A stretch of DNA of 64,000 nt, from positions 15,128,001 through 15,192,000 of the forward strand of contig CM120641.1 in assembly GCA_051362555.1 (NCBI GenBank), read 5' to 3'. Position numbers and translations under genes: made by a program. This DNA is from Lingula anatina. Lineage: Eukaryota; Animalia; Brachiopoda. Shown here one piece after another: positions 28,466 through 64,000 of the stretch (position 1 is the stretch's first letter; every line of letters starts with the position of its first letter). Under the pieces are notes generated by a model. That model was not told the origin of the DNA, did no database searches, and saw only the letters and a list, made by a program, of their open reading frames with translations.

Positions 28466-29316
28466 TTAACCGTACGTAGCCGCCGCGACTGATCCCAAGA
28501 GTGCGAAGTACCAAATTAATATGGCCACGACAATGACCACACTGATCACGATGCCTGCTATGTTCAGCCCGAGAGCCACTTTGCCATGCGTACGTGCCGA
28601 CTCCGAGTCCCCAGATCCATAAGCACTCTGGGAAAGAACTGAAAAGAACCAAATTTGTCGACTAGTGATTTTTTTCGCAATATAATCACATAAAGCTAAA
28701 GTTAACATAAAACACAACACATACAATGTTCTTTATCTGCATATTAAAGATATAAACGTTGCATTAAAATCACTTCAAGTATTGCCAATAGGGTTAGAGG
28801 AAAACGTCATCTTCCCTCGAAAAACAAGATAAGTTTGATATAAGGAAAAAACGCATGCGTGTGAGTAAAATATTTGATATTTACAAAGAAACGTGTGATC
28901 GCGGGTCTAGAATATTAAGATGAAACATAAATTATTTCCATAAGAATTTAAGCAATAACCTCGAAATTATTTATATTAAAAAACTGTAAAGCAAATCTTT
29001 TCGTATTCAGATATTAGCTCTGCAGGTTATAATTATTGCATGACTTACTCGAAAACACAAGAGCTATCAATCCAAGCAGCAGATTGCAACACAGCAGGAC
29101 AAATATGGAAAGGATAAGATAATCTGGGGGCTTTGGATCAGGCACCTGCGTTATGATCATATTTGTTGACACGGGTTGGCTGGTAACAGCGTACGGTGGC
29201 TGTTGTTGACCATAGTAAGCACCAGGGGGCTGTTGACCTGGAGGCGGTTGTTGACCATAGTAACCAGGGGGCTGTTGACCATACTGGGGCCCATAGTTGC
29301 CTTGCTTCTCGGACAT
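28466..29316 (-). CDS. CD225/dispanin family membrane protein (IFITM/PRRT1/SynDIG-like), 2 coding exons, 146 aa
   Basis: Exons 29049-29316 and 28466-28638 (phase 1, GT-AG). A GQQPP/GYY-rich N-terminus is followed by PPDYLILSIFVLLCCNLLLGLIALVFSILSQSAYGSGDSESARTHGKVALGLNIAGIV, the CD225 signature with the CC pair and GxxA, then a second hydrophobic helix. A splice acceptor (ttttcgtag) 4 nt upstream of the ATG implies a 5' UTR intron. Confidence 0.9.
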
Positions 29317-30029
29317 GATTCTACGAAAATGGAGATATTATGTTTTTCATTTTTTCTTCTAATGTGTTACTTTTTTCTTCAAAATAAAATGATACTCGTG
29401 CTTGGTTAGCAACGTGCGTCTAACTTTTGCCATTTTCAGGCAGTTGTACTTAACAAGTTACGATAAAAACGCAAGTTGAAAGTATGGAACTCGTAATGGT
29501 GAAATATGGTAATTTTTCTCGTCAGTCGGGAAAGAAATTCAGTAAAAATATATGAGAAGTTGAGTGACTTATTCATAAGGGAACGGATGTCAGAACATTT
29601 AAATTATTTTTTTTTAATCTCTGTAGATCGCGCCCTCAGTGTATCCTATTATTTTATGCATATCAATACCGAACTATCCGTTTTTGCAAATATTAAAAGT
29701 AGACCTACATTTAAAGTGAGCGTTGATGGAGCGTGGATGCTCAGTTTCGAATATAAACCACTTGTACTAGTAGTAGTCTTATACGACTCAAATAAAGTCG
29801 ACATGCCAAGAGATAAACCGAATTTATCACTCGATCAGTCGTAAAAGTGGTTTAAATTGCACCACCTTCAAATTTTGGTCGTGAATTTGACCTACTTTTC
29901 ATTTGCCTGCCCCGTTTATTTACATCAACGAAAGCAAGCAGAAAAAAATGTTCAATATAATTTTTAGGTAACATGAAACGATGTCTTTCGGTATATCTCT
30001 AAATTACACTATTTGAAATTATAAGGTGG

Positions 30030-32093
30030 CAATAAAGGGAACCGGAGAAGATCAGCATTGGTCACAATTGTGCCGGAAGTGACGTGCAGTGGTGTTAGAA
30101 ACGAAGCTGAGTGGTCATTTTAACATAGAGGTGAACGGCAGTGAAGACGGGTTGCCGGAGGAAAAAGAAGTTTTCGAAACAACATGGTAAGATAACACTT
30201 TTTCTTTACGCATTTTGGGCAGAGAAAACTTGTAGAAATAATAAATGCATGATATGAAAACGTGACACGGAACCTGAAGGTGCAAAATCGTGCTTAATTG
30301 GCGGTCAACTTGTTTTAAAATGAATGCTGCATCGACCGCCATTGCGACAAAGAGTGTAAATGGAAAATAATTCCCGGGAGGCTGTAAATCGTTGCCATGT
30401 GGAAATTTGGCATTTATATAATCCGATATGTCCATATCTAAGTATTTTTGGGGTGTATGAGCTGCAATTAGAACGAAGTTTTAGAGGTCTTGAAGGACCT
30501 TGTGAAAACAAGGAAGTAGTTCGTAACTAACAAGTGAAATGTACCGATCTCCGACTGCTGTGTACAGCTGTATCTTTTTTTAAATATATTGACGAATTTT
30601 TGTCACAGGACAAATAAAACATTTCACTGACAAGATCTTCCCAAAAAGACAAAAAGAGAATTCAGGTGAGCTGACAGGTAATTAAGACTAGCTCAAAGTA
30701 CTAATAATTGACATTATTATGCAATACTCAGTTGGTAAAACGATTCTCACAGGTAGATAACATGTAACATGACCAATTTCTATAGGCTAATGATTGCCAG
30801 CCTGAGGAAATTGATTGCCAGTCTCTTTTGTCAGTGATTTTTAACTCAGATAAGAGGCTGTCAGAATGTCACCTTTGTCTTGGCATTTGTCACTGATTAG
30901 CGCCTTGTCACTGATTTACCAGTGAGAGGCTGTCAGATAAGAGGCTGTCAGAATGTCACCTTTGTCTTGGCATTTGTCACTGATTAGCGCCTTGTCACTG
31001 ATTTACCAGTGTAAAAGGTATATCAGTGTGGTCATGTGTGTGGAATTTCATGCCAGATGGACATATAAAGATCTAAAAATTCGTCAATATATTGAAAAAG
31101 AAGTTCGTTAATATATTGACGAATTTTTGTCACAGGACAAATAAAACATTTCACTGACAAGATCTTCCCAAAAAGACAAAAAGAGAATTCAGGTGAGCTG
31201 ACAGGTAATTAAGACTAGCTCAAAGTACTAATAATTGACATTATTATGCAATACTCAGTTGGTAAAACGATTCTCACAGGTAGATAACATGTAACATGAC
31301 CAATTTCTATAGGCTAATGATTGCCAGCCTGAGGAAATTGATTGCCAGTCTCTTTTGTCAGTGATTTTTAACTCAGATAAGAGGCTGTCAGAATGTCACC
31401 TTTGTCTTGGCATTTGTCACTGATTAGCGCCTTGTCACTGATTTACCAGTGTAAAAGGTATATCAGTGTGGTCATGTGTGTGGAATTTCATGCCAGATGG
31501 ACATATAAAGATCTAAAAATTCGTCAATATATTGAAAAAAAGATACAGCTGTGCACAGCAGTCGGAGATCGGTACATTCCACTTGTTAGTTACGAACTAC
31601 TTCCTGGTTTTCACAAGGTCCTTCAAGACCTCTAAAACATCGTTGTAATTGCAGCCCATACCATAAAACACCCAAAAATACTTAGATATGGACATATCGG
31701 ATTATATTAATGTCAAATTTCCACATGACAACGATTTATAACCTCCCGGGAATTATTTCCCCTTTACGCTTTTTGTCGCGCTGGCGGTCGACGCAGCATT
31801 TATTTCTAAACAAGTTGACCGCAAATTAAGCACGATTTTGCACCTTCAAGTTCCGTGTCACGTTTTCATATCATGCATTTATTATTTCTACAAGATTTCT
31901 CCGCCCAAAATGCGAAAAAAAAGAGAGTTATCTTACCATGTTGTTTAGAAAACTTCTTTTTCCTCCGACAACCCGTCTTCACTGCCGTTCACCTCTATGT
32001 TAAAATGACCACTCAGCTTCGTTTCTAACACCACTGCACGTCACTTCCGGCACAATTCTGACCAATGCTGATCTTCTCCGGTTCCCTTTATTG
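30030..32093. mobile_element. 2.06-kb palindromic (foldback-like) non-autonomous element with ~570-bp arms and an internal tandem duplication
   Basis: 30030-30601 is the reverse complement of 31515-32093 with only scattered substitutions and one small indel. The ends are caataaagggaaccggag / ctccggttccctttattg. The interior holds two direct copies of a cassette (~30583-31093 and ~31110-31533). Confidence 0.9.
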
Positions 32094-32172
32094 GTCGGGT
32101 TTTTTTTTTGTGGCAAAAAATTTACTTTCGCTTTTATCTAATCACCATTTATTATCCAATGACTTTAAGTCA

Positions 32173-32476
32173 GAGCGCATTCAGAACAAGTTGATCCGCA
32201 GACTTACAGAACCGCGGATTAACAGAACCGCGGACTAAATATGGCCGACCCACTTATAAGCAATGCCGACTAATCCCCTTATGTTCTCCCGGGCTCAACA
32301 CTCGCCGTCGACACAGGGACCTAGCAATTAAATCTCGGAGCCGAGATTTAATCCGTTTAATGGCGCGTGCGGAGGAGTGGGGAAACCATCAGGGGATCAG
32401 GTGGCTTGCTTTTAAGTGGGGTCGGCCATATTTAGTCAGCGGATCAGTCAGTTCGCGGATCATCTTTTCTGAATGC
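32173..32476. mobile_element. MITE (PIF/Harbinger-like), relative of 1707-1968
   Basis: gagcgcattcagaa..gatccgc..actaaatatggccgaccc.ctta pairs with taagtggggtcggccatatttagtc..gcggatc..ttctgaatgc. Its terminal motifs are shared with the 1707 copy. Confidence 0.7.
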
Positions 32477-33496
32477 TAACTTAGTAAGTGCTCCTCTTCC
32501 TTGATTTAGATAGAAACCAATTTAATAAATCGGTGATAAATCCTCAAAACTTCACCCATCCTTTCTGTACCCCCTATCCTATCCTTGTTGAAATTAACCC
32601 CTAAGGATAATGAATATGATTTATTTTCTTAAGGCTAAAATAATCATTCAATAAACGAACTGCTGAAATTATTCATGGTATTAGAATTATTGAACACACG
32701 CCAGAGATCCGCTGATTCGGTTGGCAGTCGATGTGGAGCAATTAATTTGTAATGCACTACCAAATAAACATCACCAAAATATTTCACAATATACCTTTTC
32801 AATCTTTTACAAAGACAAGCCTATTGAAACCCCGAGTAATGTTAAATTCTATAAAAGAAAAATGAAGAAATACTGTTCTGTTGACGCTGAAGATCTAGGT
32901 CACGGTTGAATGTACAGGTAGTTTAGGCCTATAAAGGTATACCAGCGGTATGCTACAATGTACACGCCCTTTATGTGTTAGGGACTGAGTTCGATTATCA
33001 GATCGTGTGAAACTCAGATTTTTATTTTAGTTGCCAAGACATGCACAAATCGGCTGATAAGTCGGTGGTGATCTTCTTAAGTGTCTTAATCGATCTATTG
33101 CGGACACTGGCCAACACTGTTTAAAAACGCCTATATAGTGAAATGAACAGCCCTTTTCAAAACCGTAAGGCCTATTCTTTAATTTTCATATATTAAAGAC
33201 TTGTAACAGGCATAGAAACATTTCATCAACTTACCCTCACTTTTCAATCAATCGCAGTTTTTATTGCAATGGTACAGCATAGATGAAAAAACACACCTTC
33301 TAGGCTAGATTCCACTTTTATATCGTTCAACCAACAAAAGACTGCATTCAGATCCGTATTAAGGCAAGGCACGCTTTTTATAATAATGCAACCAAGCATC
33401 ACCAGGCATGAATACAGTTGTATACCATTTGAATATGGTTAAAATATTTACTTGTATAGGGGCGTTAGGCGACCTATAGCTAACTAGGCTACTGTA

Positions 33497-33692
33497 AGAG
33501 TGCATTCCCAGAGATTTAGATCGATCCATCTGGATCGATCTAACTCCCTGGGGGTTCACGCTAAATTGCTATCAGCCGAGCGCGCACGACAGTTAATTAC
33601 CCCCTTACAGCTTTTAAGCCGGCTAAGCTGACAGTAATCTAGTGAGACTCCCCACAGGGATAGATCGATCTAAAATCTGTGGGAATGGGGTC
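33497..33692. mobile_element. MITE-like inverted repeat
   Basis: cattcccagagatttagatcgatc on the left mirrors gatcgatctaaaatctgtgggaatg on the right. Confidence 0.6.
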
Positions 33693-34269
33693 TAAGAAGC
33701 CGACCTGGTTTATGAAAGCACTTCTTTTGCTACACGATCTTTTTTACTTCAGCCATGTTTTCTTTACACTGTTTGCACTCTACTGACTGTAGGCTTATTT
33801 CTTTCTTTGGACAGGTTTTTCCGATGTTTGTTGGACAAATTCAGATATGAGACAGGTTACAAAAACTAGACCTGCAGCCTATAGGGGCCTACAGACTAGG
33901 CTATGTTGCTCGTTGATAAATGGCTGTTTATAATAAAAAAGAGAGAAAAAGGTATGCCCCATTCGGTCTACTGGAATACCCCATCCCAAACCGATGACAT
34001 TATTTCGCATCTTTATTTTCAAGCGTGTTTGTTTTTCATTCCATGCCGGAAGGATTCTTAATTTTAGCCTCATCCAACAGGGATGGTTTGAAAAAAAAAG
34101 GATCAAAGACGGGAACAGGCCTCTGTCCATATTATAAAATTTTATCTTATAAATTATTTTAAGCTCTTTTGATTCAATATTTGGTGATATATCAGCCTTA
34201 AAGTGGCACCTGGTTGACCAAGCCCGAAATCACAACAAATTATGTAGCTTCCTGTGCTGAACTTTAGAA

Positions 34270-34285
34270 TATCAAGATGGCGTCT
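34270..34285 (+). promoter_or_regulatory. YY1-like motif (CAAGATGGCG) ~95 bp upstream of the CLEC16A ATG
   Basis: atcaagatggcgtc matches the AAnATGGCG consensus typical of housekeeping TSS regions. Confidence 0.4.
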
Positions 34286-34370
34286 TCCAGCTAGGTGGGA
34301 GGCTGCGCCTCATGAACAACAAAACAAAATTTTACTTATTCAGTGGAAACTCCATATCCTTTGAAGTAAG

Positions 34371-57256
<22,886 letters not shown>

Positions 57257-57946
57257 TGTTTTGTAAAGCACTAGTTGGAATACACTACTACTGCAGCATT
57301 AATTTTTGAATTAAAAATATTGAAAATAGTTGAATGATTTTAAAAAATTGTGAACCCTCTTCAGAAATGACAGTATGACTTGTAGAATTTGTCAGTTTTA
57401 TTTAACTTTTTATGGTTGTTTTTGAAAGACCATCATATGCTGGACACTTACTGAGGCTTTAAGTATGGCACTGTAAAAACATGACTAAGCATGTTTCATG
57501 CATGAAACTTATTCATGAACAAAAATATATTAAACCCAAATTCAACAATACCACCCGTTTGGGAAAAAAATTGTTGCTTATGCGATAAAATTGGAGCATT
57601 GGAAAGTATCTTCATTTATTATTTTGCTTTAAATCTGTAATTTTGCGTATCTGTATATGCCAGTTACACTATTGATTTGTCTTTCTTTTTGGAAAAAAAA
57701 CATTTTCAAGTGGATGTTCTAAAGTTGAATTTCTAGGAAATGGGATTGCTGTCAGTGTGACTTTTGGGGATATTTATAATCTTATTTGATACCAGGGCTG
57801 ATACTTGAGATGTGCTATTTATGCTCACGACATGGAGAATGATTTGGAGGGTTTGAAGTGTGCTTGATTCAGCAATTAGTGATGATCAGTTTTATGTGGA
57901 GTTTCCAATAAGTCATTAAGAATGGGTCTAATCTGTAACATGTGAC

Positions 57947-57952
57947 AATAAA
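57947..57952 (+). promoter_or_regulatory. Candidate CLEC16A polyadenylation signal AATAAA
   Basis: AATAAA about 690 nt after the stop codon, followed by T-rich sequence. Evidence is weak in AT-rich DNA. Confidence 0.35.
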
Positions 57953-60062
57953 TTATTTTATTAAATTGTTAAATATTATATTTATTTACCTTAAAAGGTA
58001 ATGTTAGTGTTATTGGTATACGTTATGTCTAAAAAGTGAGAAGTAGAGAAGCTGAGCACTGAGACACATCTTGTATATTTGAGTTGCACTCATATAAGTA
58101 CCGCTATATTGAGAGATACTCAGCTTACATGGCCCATGTACGTGACCAGTGTCATTTACACTTCGTAGTGAAAATTAGGTTATTCGTTTCACGGGCAAAT
58201 TTGGTTTCCTTCATTGCCTGGTTATGTGTTTAATGTGTAGACTTGCAGGTCGTAGTCTTGGATAGAGACGGTTGTTTTCTTGTGCGAGATGGCGGTGGTA
58301 AAAGTTACCCGATGTTAGCAGTAGATGAAAATAATCTACATGGTGAATAAGCCAGAAGAACCTTTATGTAGTATGATAATATATAAATTGGTCATTTTAA
58401 CAAGCCTAATTTTATCAGCTAAGATTTTATGTCAATGATTATAGAAACGGGATGAAATGTGGTACTATTAACTTATTTTGTTTCATTAAAAGTTATGGGA
58501 ATATGCATTTGCCTGTTGTTACTTCTTTTAATAATGTTACCAAAAATATAAGTTTGACATCTGCACAAATACACACAGTAACTTGCAGACCCAGATAAAA
58601 CAAATTGGTATTACGTGATCCTGGCTCAAGATGTTGATTGACTAGGATCTAAGTTAATATATCGGAAAAGGTGATTTGTGTTGTCCGGAAGAGTCGGATA
58701 ATGTACACTTGAACGTTATACATGGCATTAGAAACTGTATTTGCCATAAAACACGATAGACTCGGTAATAATTGTGCCGATAAGGACAATGGGGTATTCC
58801 TTAAAAGATGAGTTCGGAGAAAACCGTCTGGATCGGAAGACGTCTGGCTTACCGCTAATGCCTAAATGGCATTCGAGATAAAAGTTTATTCCCATATTTC
58901 GATGTTATTTCTGAATGTACACGTAAGCCTTGAAAGTATTGCCTGAAGGCTTCGCCTGTTACTTGCGTTTAATAAAGGTAGTGCATTTTGTAAGGAATAT
59001 GTTTAATACTTCAATAAGGGTCACACTTTTGCCGCTAGAAACCAATAGATAGATCTCTGCAATTTTCTTTACAGTCAGAATTTGTGCAAAAAATAGTTTA
59101 AAAAAAATAAAAAAAAAAAGACTCCACCCAGCTGGGCCTTTGGTAGGAAGTACATCTCGATTCATAGTTGGATAATCGTATGATTATGAAATAGTGCTTA
59201 ATTCTTAGCACTCGATCAAGGATGCGGTCACTCTATAGTGATGTTAAACTTTAATCGACGCGCTCTGGTGTTTACTCTGTGGTTTAAGTGAAAAGGCTCC
59301 ATGCCGTAACAGAGGAATGTACAAGGAAGTGGTTCACCGTTTCCCGTTAAGAGAGTTCAAGGGGCCGTACTGAGTGCAGTTTGAAGAGTGACGCCATTTG
59401 CATTTAATATGGAGTTCTTTTTTTCAACTTGTATTAAATACAAATTGTTGGTTCTTTAAAAACTATATGCATGTATCGACTTGGCATCAGTTATTATCCG
59501 TTCTTTATAGTTAAAAATGAGTAATGGTTTACTTAAAGAAAATGAAACCTCCCCAAACCGCACCACGTCGAACATGTATTGACCCACCCAGTTCCGCGTA
59601 ACATGTAAGGGAAATACCTCAACATTCTAAGCAAATTGTTTTGTCATTTATTATTACTATTAACAGAAATCAGAATGCGTTCCGCATGTTTTGGATATTG
59701 TGAACATTCGTTACCTGTCTGAGATTTCCTTGTGTGGTTGTAAGATTACGTAGGACAGAAAGTCACTCTTAGATTAAGCAGTGCAAGCGGATATTTGAAA
59801 ATAGCATCATACATAATAAAAGTCATCTGCACGGCTAAATTACTGGTGTGTTAGATTTGTTATGTGAACCATTATCTTAACGATTATGGTCCTGGAGTTA
59901 GCTTTACGTGGTATCTTGGTTATGGTACCATCTTTCTTCACACGTCGTAGGCGTTATTTTATGGGACTAAGGGAACGCTATCTTTCCTCTCTTTCCCTTC
60001 TTTTGTGGTTAAATTGAAGCAGTTTGTTTTGTTTTCATAAGCCCGTTTTTTTAACCACTTAT

Positions 60063-60065
<3 letters not shown>

Positions 60066-60095
<30 letters not shown>
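60066..60095. repeat. (CT)n microsatellite
   Basis: Visible directly in the sequence. Confidence 0.9.
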
Positions 60096-60098
<3 letters not shown>

Positions 60099-62782
60099 AA
60101 TTTACAGGAAGCTCACCTGTATTAATATATGTATCTGCACTGTTTGCATTAGCTGAACAGTAATTGAGAGCAATGTTGTTTAGATACTATTACCGTCAAG
60201 ACTAAAAAGCCTTAGAGTTACTGTTGTATGGGAACATATGTATGTCTTCTATTCTCTATTATATCCACATTCAAGCTTGGCTTGGCACGCACTGTTTGTT
60301 TCATCGTATCACGTGACAGAGCTACATTGTAGTCCGGGTTTTCTTCCTTCTACCTTTTTAATAAGGGCAGACGCTGTATGTGTAGGCCCTATGTATGCAT
60401 TCTGATCACTTCCTATCAGTGCCTTCGCCACTGTCGTTGCTGTCCGGCACAGCTGTTGTTTCCCATATAACCGTATTTATAAAGAAAGAATAAATAGATT
60501 TTTTAAAAAATTAAAAATGCGTTGTCGGATTTATCTTTAAAAAGTTCTTGATTTTTTAAACGTTTTGCATATATTTTGGTGACGTTCGATCCACAAGTGC
60601 CAAACCGTATATTTTGATTTACTTCCTATTTGAAGAGGCTGGTTCCTTTCGAAAATCGGCCAGGTTGGTTGACTGGCGTGAGTTAATATTAACTGTGCCT
60701 TTTTACCAGAAACCAGTGAAGTTGGAAAACGTTCACAGTTTGATATAGGCGAGAAATTGCAATTGATTTCAATCAAATTTGAACATGCTTTTATATTGAG
60801 AAAAAATACGCTGAATATGTTCATATTTAAATTTTAAAAATTGTCGAAAACGCTGTGTAAATCCTATGTGCGCCAATTGTGGCCGTACTACATAAATAGT
60901 AAGTAGACCTATTTATAGACTTTTAATTGCAATGAAAAAGGTTAAGTTCTGTTCAGTGTCATGGATTTTTTTCTCTACGGTACCAATGATTAATGGGTTT
61001 AAGTCACGCTACCCATAGTTAAAAATTACGCGAGGATAAAGACTTGATATACGACCTCAATATTAATCTCGCTCTGCGGCAGTCAAGGACAAGTTGATTG
61101 TTTTTTCTTGGAACGATAACATTGTATTTTTGCGGATAAATTGATTCCAGGATCTGTTTCTGTAGCAAATTGGATAACACATCATTAATGAGGAATTATT
61201 ACCATATTTGAGAAATGAACGTATAAATTGGTTTTTTTAGACTTGTCTATAGCATCGTGTTTTCAAAATTATCTAATTTAACTATACGATATAAAAACGA
61301 TACAGTGCGGTTTCGGCTGTGAGAGCCATTACTATTATTATTGTTGTTGTTGTTGTTGTTGTTGTTTGACACTCCCGAACACTGTTTCTTTGAAAACTTT
61401 TCTTCATGCTTCTTCACAACTGGCAATAAGCAGAAAATGTTTTCTATGCAGGTTTACATTGACATGTAGGCTTTGTAGATTAAAAACCAAACAACTATGA
61501 AAAAAAAAACAAAAAAAAACAGTGCGAACCCTCCACAACCCCCCCCCCTCCCCATAAAAAGGGGAACTTTCAAAACAATAATTCTTTCAGACTGACATTG
61601 AATCTATAGTTTAAAATTAGTAACTCCTCTTACAATTTACTGTGTTAACCAGAGACCACGTCTCCGTCGACGGCCGAAAGTGTAGGCACTTGTGTCTGTA
61701 CTTAAGTGCATTTTCGCAAGTTAGTGTCGTGTGGCGTTGTAAAGGTGAACCCGATGAGACTGCAGACTAAAATACTCCACGGACGAATTAATTCAGCGAT
61801 AAAACCAAACTTATGTCATTTTGGTTTTAAAACATTAGCCACACCAACTGAATAGAACGCAGCATTAAACAAAATCCTCTGAGCTTCTCAGTCTTCGGTG
61901 ATTATTATCATAACATACTGGTATCATATTATAGTGTCAGCCAAAGAGATAATTTTAAGAGTTCGTCTAACTGCCCACGCATATCGACGTATTGCGCTTC
62001 TGATGACACTTGGAGTAAATTTTCAGAGAAGCAAATAAGTTGGGCCAAGCAAATTTGTGTACATTGACATGCCCATCCAAAATATCACCGATATCAAGCT
62101 GCAATACGTCACGATTGGCGCAGATACCTACAAAACCCTGCTTGATTCGTGTTAGGGGGTTTCCGCACGGAGCCCCTTATCGGTTTCGGCCTAATGAACC
62201 GATTGTCTTCATGGAAATACCGTGATTCAATAACGAAAGTGGTGTCTTCCTTTTGCGTGTCCGTATTTGCATTCATGTTTTCCTTTTAAGAAATAGTGAG
62301 ACAACATTCCTTTCAGCGTTAAGGAACTGTCCGTTATTCAGTTCAGACATACAAATAGGTTATGCGTCTTTGCAATTGAAATGAAATGAAATCATTTTGA
62401 AGCTTGTGGGGAAAAATAAATTCAGATTCAACTTTTAAAAAATTGACCCTATGTTAAAAAGCTATTTTCCATGACGTCAACCAAAATCCATTTATTCTTT
62501 GGAGCATCATCATCACTATTTCAAAGAGACAGTATGAATGAGTGAACACAATAAAAAAGCAACAAAAACTAAAGCTTTAGACGACGACAGCGGTCATGTA
62601 TTCTATGTAAATACTTCAGTTTCTCTTTGGTATCGGCTCGTTTTGAAACAACATACTACAAATATTCATAATTTTCGTATCACTTCTCAGAAACGAAGTT
62701 AAAAGAGTCGTATCACTATCTTATTTATCTTCATCCGATGTAGAGCACAGTTATCAATTAAAAAAAGGAGGTAACTTTGATA

Positions 62783-63055
62783 CAGGGCCGGATTCTCTTG
62801 GTGACCTGAGCACTCACAACACCATGCCCCCCCCCCCCCCCTCCCATTACACAATATTTAAAAAGAATCCTGTTGCTATATACCCTCAAATATTCTTCTA
62901 CTTTGCCTACCTTTGTTTTTTCTTCCCCTGTCATCCAAATATAATTTTCTTGATTTTTATTAAACATTTTCCCTTTTTATGTATAAATAGCCCCCTTAAT
63001 TAGTCGTGACACCCCAAACACGTGCTTAGTCTGCTTACACATAAATCCGGCCCTG
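62783..63055. mobile_element. hAT-like MITE
   Basis: TIRs CAGGGCCGGATT / AATCCGGCCCTG. No clear target-site duplication. Confidence 0.55.
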
Positions 63056-64000
63056 AGCATAAAAAAGTATTATTGAAGACCAAGATATCGTGAATGGTTT
63101 AAACAAAAAAATGTACCAAAGCAAGCTCTTGAGTGATTTCCCATCGTATCCACCTGTCACCGTGCTAATGCGTCTCACTGGAATCTATTTGCCCGGAGCT
63201 GCATATAATTGTCGTAATTGCATTCTTGGAACAGACCCGATTGGAGACATAATGGCAATATATCTAATTTGCAATCAAGTGCAGTAAACGGCACGTTTTG
63301 GTGCACATTGGTTGTCAGTGTTACAAGTCTCAGCTATGCTGCTGATATAACAGCCTAGATCTCTTGTAGATTTTGTTCATGGCAATTAAATAAACCCAAA
63401 TTCCCAGGCCTAAGTTGCATCAAAATGAAGCTCCCGCTCTTTTGATATGGTTAATTCCAGGGACGTTCCCGTTTCTGAGTAGTGCTCCATTTAAAGTTTC
63501 CAGGAAATGTTCTTTGAATTGCAGCCTAGCAAACTAACATATTATCGACTTTTCTTGTGCAAATAACCAGTAAAATTATTGAAAAGTGAGCCGATTAAAT
63601 TCCTTCAAGATAACAACGTAGTTATTCCTGTTATTGTTTCATACAAAAAGACATAGTTTTACTATAATTCCGTAGCCTAAAGAATCCTGATTTTGAAATT
63701 AAACATACCTATTTTAACGTAAAAGATGAAGACATCTATCTCAAGCACAACCTAGCTTAATATCCGGCAATTTATTATATGCTGCTAATCAGTCATGGGT
63801 AATACACCATACATAGTACATCACACAGCGTACGCATCGACGAACAATCCTCTCATACTGGACTCGCACGAATAAATTATATGGAACGGTATATCATATA
63901 TTAGAAAGTCAACATACATGATTATGGATTCCTGTTGTGCCGTACGTTAATGCTTATGGGGATATTCCCCAAGGAATGCTTTTAGCCTTGTAGGTAATGG

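Noticed and set aside
30115-31635. Short ORFs inside the 2-kb palindrome as a possible transposase or THAP domain
   Set aside because: No C2CH THAP, DDE or tyrosine-recombinase motifs, and the ORF track shows no matching ORF in the mirror arm.
58248-58350. Exon-like segment VVVLDRDGCFLVRDGGGKSY resembling the SH2 FLVR motif
   Set aside because: It ends in a stop after ~33 codons. No upstream W-Y/F-H-G exon or downstream SH2 exons were found, so it is probably chance.

Overview
AT-rich, intron-containing animal DNA. The gene set and repeat types suggest an invertebrate, probably a lophotrochozoan or mollusc (inference). Five spliced genes were rebuilt by hand, each with GT-AG introns and consistent exon phases. 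(1) METTL23 (-, 5 exons, 229 aa). (2) SIRT7 (+, 10 exons, 821 aa), head-to-head with METTL23 across only 214 bp; its long C-terminal insertion carries PLDLS and DHQY motifs. (3) A 5-exon gene (-, 176 aa) that the ORF track shows only as fragments, with a signal peptide, a six-Cys saposin-B/Canopy-like fold and a C-terminal NEEL ER-retrieval-type signal. (4) A 2-exon CD225/dispanin gene (-, 146 aa). (5) CLEC16A (+, 23 exons, 1326 aa). Non-genic features include a ~6 kb array of ~370-bp units in both orientations (17.3-23.3 kb), a full-length decayed Tc1 element, a 2.06 kb palindrome with internal tandem cassettes and promoter-like arms, many MITE-like inverted repeats, and microsatellites. No rRNA, intact tRNA or CRISPR is present. 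No gene could be supported in 57.3-64 kb.
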